In this document: piece by piece, positions 1-7,993 of the stretch
How the letters are laid out: each line of letters begins with the position of its first letter
How positions within the stretch are numbered: the stretch's first letter is position 1
Source of the DNA: Amoeboradix gromovi X-113
Taxonomy: Eukaryota > Fungi > Sanchytriomycota
Direction of reading: 5' to 3'
Assembly: GCA_018985225.1 (NCBI GenBank)
Contig: JADGIF010000322.1
Location: forward strand, 1 to 10,963
Length of the DNA: 10,963 nucleotides
Position numbers and translations under genes: made by a program
The notes under the pieces: generated by a model
Told to the model about the DNA's origin: nothing
The model's input: only the letters and a program-made list of their open reading frames with translations
Databases searched by the model: none

Positions 1-781
1 ACTGGTTACCTGAGATCAAGACGCTTGTAGGACTTGCAATTGTGATGCTACCTGTAAGCTTGTTATCACTGAGATCCAAAATCTTGAGACCATCCGGGAT
101 TACGCCTACATCTCCACGTAGACCGCAACTTGGTGCCACTAGCTCCTCAATATTGTCAGGCAAAGGGGGAAGAAGTGAATCGAATTGGTTGAACCCAATG
201 GAAGCTTTTGTTAAATTGGTAGGAAAGTAAGAAACAGAGCCATTAAATCCATTATATTCGATCGCAAGGGTACTTAAGTTGGGCTCGAACTGAGGAAGCT
301 CTCCTGTTAGCTCACAATTGCTAACATCCAAATCAACTAAAGAAGAAGGAAGATCAGGCAATAAACCGCTAAACCTGTTATATGACACGATGTAACTGGT
401 CATTTCAGACGGTAGAGCTGGTAAAGCGCCGTCAAAGTCATTGTTAGAGAGCTTTAATACCTTGAGATTTGCGGGTAAATTAATAATGGTACCATTTAGT
501 CTATTGCCATTTAAGTTCAATATTTGTAGATCTGCAGGAAATCCATAAATTGGGCCCTCAAGATTGTTTAAACTCATGTCAAGAGATTTGAGGCCTTCAA
601 GAGAAAAGACCTGATTGTCAAATTTACCAGCAAGACCCTTTTGATTCCAATTTATAACTGTTATTTTATCGTCGGTACATTCGATTGAGGCACTTTTACA
701 GCAATCCGAGTCAAATTGTTCTTCCGAGCCCAAACGCGAAGCTACTTGAGATAGAATTAAACAATCACCTTGTAAGCTCAT
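1..781 (-). CDS. Leucine-rich repeat protein with Cys N-cap and 21-aa repeats (3' end outside window)
   Basis: Manual translation from ATG 781 is open to the window edge (260 codons): MSLQGDCLILSQVASRLGSEEQFDSDCCKSASIECTDDKITVINWNQKGLAGKFDNQV, then FSLEGLKSLDMSLNNLEGPIYG / FPADLQILNLNGNRLNGTIIN / LPANLKVLKLSNNDFDGALPA / LPSEMTSYIVSYNRFSGLLPD / LPSSLVDLDVSNCELTGELPQ / FEPNLSTLAIEYNGFNGSVSY / FPTNLTKASIGFNQFDSLLPP / LPDNIEELVAPSCGLRGDVGV / IPDGLKILDLSDNKLTGSITI. Probably absent from the ORF track because no stop lies in the window. Confidence 0.93.
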   Translation of the reverse strand, partial: MSLQGDCLILSQVASRLGSEEQFDSDCCKSASIECTDDKITVINWNQKGLAGKFDNQVFSLEGLKSLDMSLNNLEGPIYGFPADLQILNLNGNRLNGTIINLPANLKVLKLSNNDFDGALPALPSEMTSYIVSYNRFSGLLPDLPSSLVDLDVSNCELTGELPQFEPNLSTLAIEYNGFNGSVSYFPTNLTKASIGFNQFDSLLPPLPDNIEELVAPSCGLRGDVGVIPDGLKILDLSDNKLTGSITIASPTSVLISGNQ

Positions 782-929
782 AACAACAGAAGTGGCTTGT
801 AAACAATTTCAAAAATTTCTCTCCGGTAACTACTTTGAATTTAGAGTTTATATCGAAGGTTTATTAATAAAATAACTCATTTTTTACTTAAGACCTTGGA
901 AACTTTCGATTTCACTAATAAATTAGCTT

Positions 930-2135
930 TTAGGCTGTGTTAAAACCTATATTATGAAATACAGGATGCTCTAAAACCATGGTTATTGTATACCGTTCTA
1001 ATGGATCGTCTTCCATCATCTTCATTATCAAGTGTATCTGGGCCAGATCACATAAATCATCAAGAGCTTTATCACAAGCGTTTTCTAGTTGTTGAAGATC
1101 CAAGTTAACACCCTCGCGGAAACGATACTTCAAGCGATCTTCATAATTTGATTTAATATCCCGAATCTCTTTGAGTCTTTGCGCCCTGGTTTGTGTTGTG
1201 CTAATCTCTGTTTTGTGTGATTCTTTAATTTTCATAAATACTGCACCCAAACTATAAACGTCAGCTTTGTAACCATCGAAAAAACTGTTACTCCGGTATG
1301 CCTTTGCAATCTCAGGTGCAGAGCTAGCAGTATCTGGATAGTATATCTCGTGTTTCCTGCAATGACGTTTGGCCATGCCAAAGTCAACAATTTTCCATTT
1401 CTCAACACCATCTTCCTCCTTTGGACAGTTCATAATATTGCTTGGCTTCAAGTCTAGGTGACAGATCCCACAATCGCTAGCCTCATAGTTCTGCACTTGC
1501 TTCTTTTTTTCAACGTTATCGTAGTAATCTTTGGCATGGTCCACTTGCATGTAATTGATAGCCGAGGCTAATTGATGTGCTATGGTAATAAATTCTTCAA
1601 GTGGGACCTCAACAACAACTTTATTCTCCAAAGTGGAAGTGCAGTATTCGTACACGAGGGCAGGAACTTCAGGAACAATAGGGCCATTAATAGAAACAGG
1701 ATTATCAGGAACAATGAACGTGCATCCCAGTAAGTCTACTATATTGCTGTGCTTGAGATCTGCAAGTAAATGCCTTTCATCCTCCCAAAGCAAGGGAAGA
1801 AAATTTAAAGAGAAACTCAGTTTTTCTGCTTGGTCTATATTTCCTATTGAAAAATCTTTATATCTGTCAAGTAATGCCTTTCGAACATCAGTCAGCTTTT
1901 TAAAAATTTTGATTGCTGCCTTTCTGTCTCTATACTCGCACAAGTAAACTTCGGAAAATAGCCCAGTACCTAATTTTATTTCTTTTATTTTCAACTGACT
2001 TGCTGGAATAACTTTAGAATTACGAAAGATATTATATTCAGTTGTAAGTCCCTCTTCAATCACGGAATCCGATGCTGGATGTACATCAAGTAATGTGGAT
2101 GCTATTCCTGTGATTTTCAGTGCAGTTAGAAACAT
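930..2135 (-). CDS. Ser/Thr protein kinase, non-RD, TKL-like N-lobe (401 aa from first ATG)
   Basis: Kinase motifs in order: LGTGLFSEVY, AAIK, HSNIV, LVYEY, CHLDLKPSN, KIVDFG, APE, DVYSLG, DPLERY..LEHPVF. The ORF-track start at 2165 is TTG; the first in-frame ATG is 2135. Confidence 0.92.
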   Translation of the reverse strand: MFLTALKITGIASTLLDVHPASDSVIEEGLTTEYNIFRNSKVIPASQLKIKEIKLGTGLFSEVYLCEYRDRKAAIKIFKKLTDVRKALLDRYKDFSIGNIDQAEKLSFSLNFLPLLWEDERHLLADLKHSNIVDLLGCTFIVPDNPVSINGPIVPEVPALVYEYCTSTLENKVVVEVPLEEFITIAHQLASAINYMQVDHAKDYYDNVEKKKQVQNYEASDCGICHLDLKPSNIMNCPKEEDGVEKWKIVDFGMAKRHCRKHEIYYPDTASSAPEIAKAYRSNSFFDGYKADVYSLGAVFMKIKESHKTEISTTQTRAQRLKEIRDIKSNYEDRLKYRFREGVNLDLQQLENACDKALDDLCDLAQIHLIMKMMEDDPLERYTITMVLEHPVFHNIGFNTA

Positions 2136-2339
2136 GCAATACAGGGGTTTGCAATCAAGATACAACGACTATCCTTGGATAAATTCAAAACATAGATTAC
2201 CCCCTCACATCGATATGCCGCTCTTGCACTTTAAAAGAAGACTGAAAACAATTAGCTGCTCTTGTTGAGTTAAACATCGGTATTTAAACTATCTGTATCT
2301 ATGTCTTTGACTTGATCCTAGGAGTGTTTTTTGATACAA

Positions 2340-4267
2340 ATGGCTACAGCTAATCCTTCATGCATTTTACAAGCACAGAAAAACACCCAATTAGATCTGT
2401 TTATATCAGATGTAAATAAAAAGCATAAAAAACATATCACTGACTACGAGCAGCTATACTCATACTCAATATCTGATTTTCAATTTTGGGTCGATGTGAT
2501 GGATTTTTGTAAAATCAAATACCATGGTGCAATATCTCATATAGTTGATGATATTCCTATGGATCAAATCCCTAAATGGTTCAATAGCATAAAAATCAAC
2601 TATTGCGAAAACATTTTCTCAAACTGCGATTTTAGCAAAACAGCCGTCATTTGGTTAAAGGAGGATTTCGTTATTAATGAGCTGACATATAAGCAGCTAT
2701 ATGACCAGGTGTCTGTGTGCCAACAAGCACTGGTTCGTTTTGGAATTCAAAAAGGTGATGTAGTTGCTTCTTATTGCCCCAATTCTGCCAACACTTTAAT
2801 CTGGTTTCTTGCTTGCAATGCTATTGGTGCTATATGGTCTTCTACAAGTTGTGACTTTGGAGTTACTGCAGTCTTTGAACGTTTTAATCAAATTAATCCA
2901 AAATTGATATTTTCTGTAAATGCCGTTTTATACAACAAAAAGGTGTACTCTCAGTTGGATAAATTAACAGAATTACGGTCCAAGTTCTCATGTCCAATAA
3001 TTGTCGATTCCTTTATTTCTACCCATTCTACAGGTGATTTCCAAACTTATTCACTTTTTACTTCAAACCTTGTTCCTTGTGCAATCTCATACACTCTTGT
3101 TGACTTTCACTCTCCTATATATATATTATTCAGTAGTGGTACTACCGGTCAGCCTAAATGCATTGTACATGGTAATGGTGCCTTAATTCAACACTTGAAG
3201 GAGCATGTTATTCAGGGGTCAATAACTGCAGAGGACAAAGTATTCCAATATACCACTACTGGCTGGATGATGTGGAATTGGCTTATCAGTGCATTAAAGG
3301 TAACCACGATTGTATTGTTCGATGGTAGCCCATTTCAACCATCACCTCAGCACTTGTGGCAGCTGGTGCAGGACCTGCAAATCACAGTTTTTGGAACATC
3401 TGCTAAATACCTGCAGTCTTTGCAGCAATTTAAAATATATCCCAAAGACTTTGTCGATCTCAAATATCTTAGAACCATCACTTCAACGGGAAGCCCATTG
3501 AAACCAGAATCATACAGTTTTGTGTTTAGCAAAATTAAACCGCTCTTGCTGGGTAGCATAACTGGTGGAACTGACATAGTAAGCTGCTTTTGCGGATACA
3601 CTACGAATCTGCCTCTGTACCCTGGAGAAATACAGTGCTGCAACTTGGGAATGGAGGTGTACTCATACAAGGATGGAAAAGCAGTTTACGACGAAGCAGG
3701 CGATTTAGTATGTACTAGAGCGTTTCCGAGTATGCCGCTTTACTTTTTGAATGGACAAGAGGCATATAAAAAGGCGTATTTCAACGTATATCCACAGATA
3801 TGGCACCATGGTGATTACTGCTTAATAAATAGTAAAACCGGAGGAATATTAATGCTTGGAAGAAGTGATGGTACATTAAAACCAGGTGGAGTACGATTTG
3901 GCAGTGCTGAGCTGTACAAGGTGATAGATCAGATAGATTGGGTAATAGACTCTCTAGCAATTGGCCAAGCAATAGAAGATGACGAACGTGTTGTGCTGTT
4001 TGTAAAACTGCAAGGAGCATTAGAAGAGGAACAAATAAAAGAAATTAAGACCAAAATTAGAGTCCAACTAAGTCCGCGACATGTGCCCGCTATTATTATG
4101 AAATGCCCAGATATTCCAGTAAGTTCTTCCTAATGTAGTACACGCAGAATGGTAAAAAAGTTGAAATTTGTATTAAAAACATTATAAACGGAAAAGAGAT
4201 CAATACTTCAGCAATTGCAAATGTAGAGTGTTTGGAGTGGTACAAAAACTTGAGATTACCTCAATAA
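2340..4267 (+). CDS. AACS: Acetoacetyl-CoA synthetase (acetoacetate-CoA ligase), join(2340..4118,4139..4267), 635 aa
   Basis: AMP-binding loop ILFSSGTTGQPKCIVH plus AACS-typical YTTTGWMMWNW, SITGGTDIVSCF, WHHGD and GRSDGTLKPGGVRFGSAELY. Removing 4119-4138 gives the expected C-terminus DIPYTQNGKKVEICIKNIINGKEINTSAIANVECLEWYKNLRLPQ*. First ATG is 2340 (the track start at 2331 is TTG). Confidence 0.93.
4119..4138 (+). other. 20-nt phase-0 spliceosomal intron GTAAGTTCTTCCTAATGTAG
   Basis: GTAAGT donor, CTAAT branch-like motif and TAG acceptor. It contains the in-frame TAA that ends the unspliced ORF, and its excision restores the conserved P-Y-T-x-N-G-K-K motif. Confidence 0.9.
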
Positions 4268-4268
4268 A
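4263..4268 (+). terminator. AATAAA polyadenylation signal overlapping the AACS stop codon
   Basis: Sequence cAATAAA, in which the TAA is the stop at 4265-4267. The same hexamer follows three other plus-strand genes. Confidence 0.55.
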
Positions 4269-4411
4269 TACATCACATATATGTTTGCGGACAGTTTTCT
4301 TAATCGAAAATGCTATGGGCAATTAGAGACCAGAAAAGACAGATGCTATTGTTAGCATGTAACACATCAAACATAGAAACTAGACCAAGCAGATAAATTT
4401 CATCAACTTCA

Positions 4412-4708
4412 ATGTCATATTTTGATTCTCAACACCTTTGGTATCAAATACACAATCCGGAACAAGAATTTTTAACCACAGACTTCATAAGATCAACGAG
4501 TTTATTTAATGCTATTTGTGTTATGGCCGTCTATCTGGTGCTGCGTGAAAAGAACAAAGAGGCCAAACCAGTCACACGCAAGTCTTCTCATACTGTTTCA
4601 GTGATTCTGGAGCTTTTACTACGCTCACTCGAAAAAGCAAACAGCAAAAGTGATGGGGTGCCTGCTAGCAGCGGTGAAAGACCAGGTTCCCAGATAAGAA
4701 ATGAGTAG
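4412..4708 (+). CDS. Possible small single-pass membrane protein (98 aa), unverified
   Basis: ATG-initiated ORF with a hydrophobic stretch LFNAICVMAVYLVL followed by a basic run REKNKEAKPVTRK. No recognisable family. Confidence 0.3.
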   Translation: MSYFDSQHLWYQIHNPEQEFLTTDFIRSTSLFNAICVMAVYLVLREKNKEAKPVTRKSSHTVSVILELLLRSLEKANSKSDGVPASSGERPGSQIRNE

Positions 4709-4936
4709 AAACATGCGGTCTAACTTGGCTGTGATGTTCCCTGGCACTTTCTGTCAGAGCCCTTTACTCTATTTGTTACAGTGGATGTCTCATCTGTGAT
4801 GTACTCTTACAAGAAAAGCGCTGTTATCAATGCCGTCTATTTGGAGTGCACTCATATCATTACCGATATGAAGCTAAACTCTTCAATTTAGCACTTGAAA
4901 ATGCAAGCACTTGCAATCAGTTGCGAATATAACTTT

Positions 4937-4949
4937 ACCAATCAAAAAT
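4937..4949 (+). promoter_or_regulatory. CCAAT-box element ACCAATCAAAAAT
   Basis: Ends 43 nt upstream of ATG 4993. An identical 13-mer lies on the minus strand at 7030-7042, upstream of BPL1. Confidence 0.55.
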
Positions 4950-4992
4950 TAATTGAATTACATAAACAGAACTATTGAATAAGTTGTTCATA

Positions 4993-5247
4993 ATGCAACT
5001 TTTTTCTTTCTTTCTCGCCTCGACATTGGGATGTGTTGTGGTGTTTCCGAAAGGAGTAGCAAACTCGCTATTTAATCCTGGTTATCCGGAGGGGAGATCT
5101 ATAATCAACTCTAAACAAGCCTCTACTCTTTTGAACAGAGTAAAAAAATTAACTCCAGCGTACAAGTCTCATATAAATGCTTTGACCACTTGTGTCGCAA
5201 GAAAAGGCTGTATCTGCATTGTGGTAATAAATAAAGCCGTAAATTAA
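4993..5247 (+). CDS. Small secreted cationic cysteine-containing protein (84 aa)
   Basis: ATG 4993 gives MQLFSFFLASTLG|CVVVFPKG..., a short hydrophobic signal-like N-terminus. The predicted mature part has 4 Cys, 7 Lys, 3 Arg, 1 Glu and no Asp. A CCAAT element lies upstream. Confidence 0.65.
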   Translation: MQLFSFFLASTLGCVVVFPKGVANSLFNPGYPEGRSIINSKQASTLLNRVKKLTPAYKSHINALTTCVARKGCICIVVINKAVN

Positions 5248-5398
5248 ATCTGCTTGATGTTTAATTGAAATTATTGAACCTTAAATGGTCCTTGTTAACA
5301 GAGCTAGTTGCCCTGGAAACATAAGCTGACTCTGCAGTTGCTTCCCGCAGAAAGGTTAGTTATTTTGCTTTAAAGATATCCTATAAACCCTCGGTGAT

Positions 5399-7003
5399 CT
5401 ATATCTTTCTCAGTATCATGTTGTTCCAGAAATCGAACTTGTTACCATCGCTGCTAATTTCGTAAACATCTTCCTTACTCTTCGCCAGCAAGTTTCCATT
5501 GCTGTTGACATCAAAAATAGTCATTTTTTCATTATGGTAGTCTACCACTTGGTTAGAATGTGCCCAGTTAGTAATGTAGTCTTTTTTTAAATCGTGGTCA
5601 AAGGTTTGAAGATTTGTAGAATGCTGCTGTAAAATACTAAAAATATTGTTTGCAATATGTTTTAACAACTGAACTGACTCAATAGGTGCAATGTCATTTA
5701 AGCATCCAACAGGTTGCTTATTAAACACATTGATCCCGAAGCCAACTATCAATTTAACTCTATTCTGTACCTCATTGAAAGAGTTGCATTGGAATTCGCT
5801 ATTGACGAGTATTCCCCCCAATTTACACTTTGAATGAATGTCAATAATGTCATTTGGCCATTTTATTTTGATTCTTTCCTTGAAAATTGGATTGCAGGAG
5901 TGTATAGCTCTGCATATAGCATCGGCAACTAGTAACTGAATTACCGGTAATTTACTCGATTCCATACTAAGTGAAGTATAGAGAGATGCTTGTAAACAAC
6001 CAATTAATGATATCCACTCGTTTTTAGACCTTCCATAGCCTTCTGTTTGATGTGAGGCCATAAACACAGTATTTTTATGAAGATTGGAACTCAAGAGATA
6101 CGACTGGGTACTATGTATTACGGGTGCATATAAAAAATCAAAATCATCAAGAACAACATCAGTAAAATCGTATCGAGCATTCTTGAGCTCAAAAGATTTA
6201 GAAGCAGAAAGGGTCAAATTAGGTAAGTTGACTTTTTTGAATGAGTACACGGCTTGGTTTAAATACCCACCGGACTTAAAATTATTGATAGCTTCCATAT
6301 CAACCTTTTCCTTGACCGGTAAGTTAAAAATATCATTTAAAATGTATGCACTCAGCTTATTTCTAGATCTCTGCGTAGATAATAGTTTTTGATTCAACTT
6401 CTTATCTTCATGCTCGTCATACTCTAAATGCACCCCACTTAAAACGGCAGTACCTTTTCCTACATTGACCTTTAAAATAGCCATTTCGTTGTTTAAATCA
6501 TATCTCATTATAGGGCTATGAAGATTGTCATGCGCTATAAACATTGGACCCCCATTATAATAACACAGGGTCTTAAAGTCACCAGATATTGGGACTACAT
6601 GAGCGCCTGACTCCGATTGATACTGAAAGTTGGGATAAATAGTACCCATAGCAGTACCATTGAAGAGAGAAAGAGGCCTCTTGCCGATAACCTGATATGG
6701 TGTGTCTAATTGGAACTCTACAAAAGAAGAAGCAAAATAAGCACCAGCACATATTCCTAAGTATTTGCCACCATTGTACATGTAATTTAACAATAAATCA
6801 GATTTACTATTAACTAGTTCACAATAGGGTTTGTCTCTACCACCAGGAATGACGAGTAGCTCACAAATGCTCAGCAAATGGAATTCGTTGTGCATAATTG
6901 GACTGACATCTAAAAGAGTGTGTTTCTTTATCCACTTAATTGTGTTCTTGACACTAGCAGGACTAGTCCCGTTATCAGAATATATGAATATTCTCTTCAT
7001 CAT
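5399..7003 (-). CDS. BPL1: Biotin-protein ligase / holocarboxylase synthetase with N-terminal BPL_N domain
   Basis: N-domain [46 protein letters not shown]. Catalytic domain [35 protein letters not shown]-terminus [10 protein letters not shown] as in fungal Bpl1. Confidence 0.95.
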   Translation of the reverse strand: MMKRIFIYSDNGTSPASVKNTIKWIKKHTLLDVSPIMHNEFHLLSICELLVIPGGRDKPYCELVNSKSDLLLNYMYNGGKYLGICAGAYFASSFVEFQLDTPYQVIGKRPLSLFNGTAMGTIYPNFQYQSESGAHVVPISGDFKTLCYYNGGPMFIAHDNLHSPIMRYDLNNEMAILKVNVGKGTAVLSGVHLEYDEHEDKKLNQKLLSTQRSRNKLSAYILNDIFNLPVKEKVDMEAINNFKSGGYLNQAVYSFKKVNLPNLTLSASKSFELKNARYDFTDVVLDDFDFLYAPVIHSTQSYLLSSNLHKNTVFMASHQTEGYGRSKNEWISLIGCLQASLYTSLSMESSKLPVIQLLVADAICRAIHSCNPIFKERIKIKWPNDIIDIHSKCKLGGILVNSEFQCNSFNEVQNRVKLIVGFGINVFNKQPVGCLNDIAPIESVQLLKHIANNIFSILQQHSTNLQTFDHDLKKDYITNWAHSNQVVDYHNEKMTIFDVNSNGNLLAKSKEDVYEISSDGNKFDFWNNMILRKI

Positions 7004-7093
7004 TTAATGACCTGTTTTAGACCTGAACGATTTTTGATTGGTCAGTACACGTGTTTTGGGAATCAAAATGGGAAATATTCTAATATTATACAC
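7004..7093. promoter_or_regulatory. 90-bp bidirectional promoter between BPL1 and RPL26
   Basis: Divergent ATGs at 7003 and 7094. Contains a CCAAT box (minus, 7037-7041) and the palindrome ACACGTGT (7047-7054, E-box core CACGTG). Confidence 0.7.
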
Positions 7094-7492
7094 ATGAAGA
7101 AATCTCTAGATGTCAGTTCTTCAAAGAGAAAGCAGAGATTTGCACATTTCAATGCACCATCACATTTGAGACGCAAATTAATGAGTTCGAGTTTAAATAA
7201 AGAACTTAGAAAACAGTACAACTGCAGATCATTACCGATCCGCAAAGATGATGAAGTAGTTGTTGTACGTGGTGCTTTTAAAGGTAGAGAAGGTAAAGTT
7301 GTAAAAGTGTACAGAAAGAAGTTTGTTATTCAGATTGAAAGAGTGGTCAAAGAAAAGATGAATAAGCAAACTGTACCAATTGGAGTACACCCAAGTAATG
7401 TTATGATTACAAAGATTCACCTAGACAAGGATAGAAAAGATTTACTCCAACGCAAGGACAGTACTAAGAACGTTCAAAAGATGGAACATTGA
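7094..7492 (+). CDS. RPL26: 60S ribosomal protein L26 (uL24), 132 aa, intronless
   Basis: [62 protein letters not shown] and [14 protein letters not shown] match eukaryotic uL24. The track's 58-codon N-terminal extension overlaps BPL1 and is taken as spurious. Confidence 0.98.
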   Translation: MKKSLDVSSSKRKQRFAHFNAPSHLRRKLMSSSLNKELRKQYNCRSLPIRKDDEVVVVRGAFKGREGKVVKVYRKKFVIQIERVVKEKMNKQTVPIGVHPSNVMITKIHLDKDRKDLLQRKDSTKNVQKMEH

Positions 7493-7496
7493 TAAA

Positions 7497-7502
7497 AATA
7501 AA
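7497..7502 (+). terminator. AATAAA polyadenylation signal of RPL26
   Basis: Begins 4 nt after the TGA and is followed by T-rich sequence. Confidence 0.55.
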
Positions 7503-7584
7503 CTCTTATTTCCACGTATCTTTGTTAACAAACTTAGTTTTATTTTAAGATTCTTCTAAGCTAATCATGAAAGCATAATTTTTG

Positions 7585-7595
7585 ACCAATGAAAT
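7585..7595 (+). promoter_or_regulatory. CCAAT-box element ACCAATGAAAT
   Basis: Variant of the 4937/7030 motif, upstream of ATG 7679. A second CCAATCA lies at 7623-7629. Confidence 0.4.
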
Positions 7596-7678
7596 TCCAT
7601 GAATCAAATGTTATTGAATTATCCAATCACCACCTGTGAATTTTGCATATATAAAAATGGTTCCACTTGATCCCCAGG

Positions 7679-7993
7679 ATGAATAAAGCATTCGATTTCA
7701 AGAAGCTGATTCCAGAAGATATGGATGCACCATCATATAGTAACAAAAGAACTTTACATCGTATTATAAAGAGCACTCTGAAGAAATATCAATCAGCGCA
7801 CTTAAGCCGTAAAATTCAACTAAGGGCAGTACTTTCAAGCATACAATATCAGTACCCTCTAACATTCACGTGCACTACAGAACCCGCCTTAATCCCGAAA
7901 GAAGTAATTACTCGCTTACATCACATGGTAAGAGGTAAAATTACAACGGCTGCAAATATCGAAGAGGATCCAATGTATGACGATCTTTTGTGA
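7679..7993 (+). CDS. Hypothetical basic protein (104 aa) with acidic C-terminal tail
   Basis: ATG 7679 MNKAFDFKKLIPED...IEEDPMYDDLL*. Flanked by CCAAT boxes upstream and AATAAA at 8018-8023. No family recognised. Confidence 0.6.
   Translation: MNKAFDFKKLIPEDMDAPSYSNKRTLHRIIKSTLKKYQSAHLSRKIQLRAVLSSIQYQYPLTFTCTTEPALIPKEVITRLHHMVRGKITTAANIEEDPMYDDLL

Noticed and set aside
42-230. 62-aa plus-strand ORF
   Set aside because: Antisense shadow of the LRR gene.
1582-1947. 121-aa plus-strand ORF
   Set aside because: Antisense shadow of the kinase.
2136-2277. Possible upstream kinase exon (ATG 2277, 40-nt GTGAGG...TAG intron)
   Set aside because: It would splice in frame, but there is no branch motif and no homology support, so it is left unresolved.
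3001-4020. Four short ORFs inside AACS (3001-3186, 3310-3501, 3347-3670, 3781-4020)
   Set aside because: Alternative-frame or antisense shadows of a conserved gene, with no motifs.
4650-4710. Resemblance to a TPP riboswitch 5' half or SRP helix 8
   Set aside because: It lacks the CUGAGA and the 3' half of a TPP aptamer, and the AGCAG/CAGG order is the reverse of SRP helix 8.
6084-6392. 102-aa plus-strand ORF
   Set aside because: Antisense to BPL1.
2340-7003. AACS plus BPL1 as a metabolic cluster (leucine/ketone and biotin carboxylase link)
   Set aside because: Two housekeeping genes with no carboxylase or HMG-CoA lyase nearby; proximity is expected by chance in a compact genome.
6920-7093. 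58-aa N-terminal extension of RPL26 in the ORF track
   Set aside because: Non-ATG start overlapping BPL1; uL24 similarity begins at ATG 7094.
7063-7420. Two short minus-strand ORFs
   Set aside because: Antisense to RPL26.
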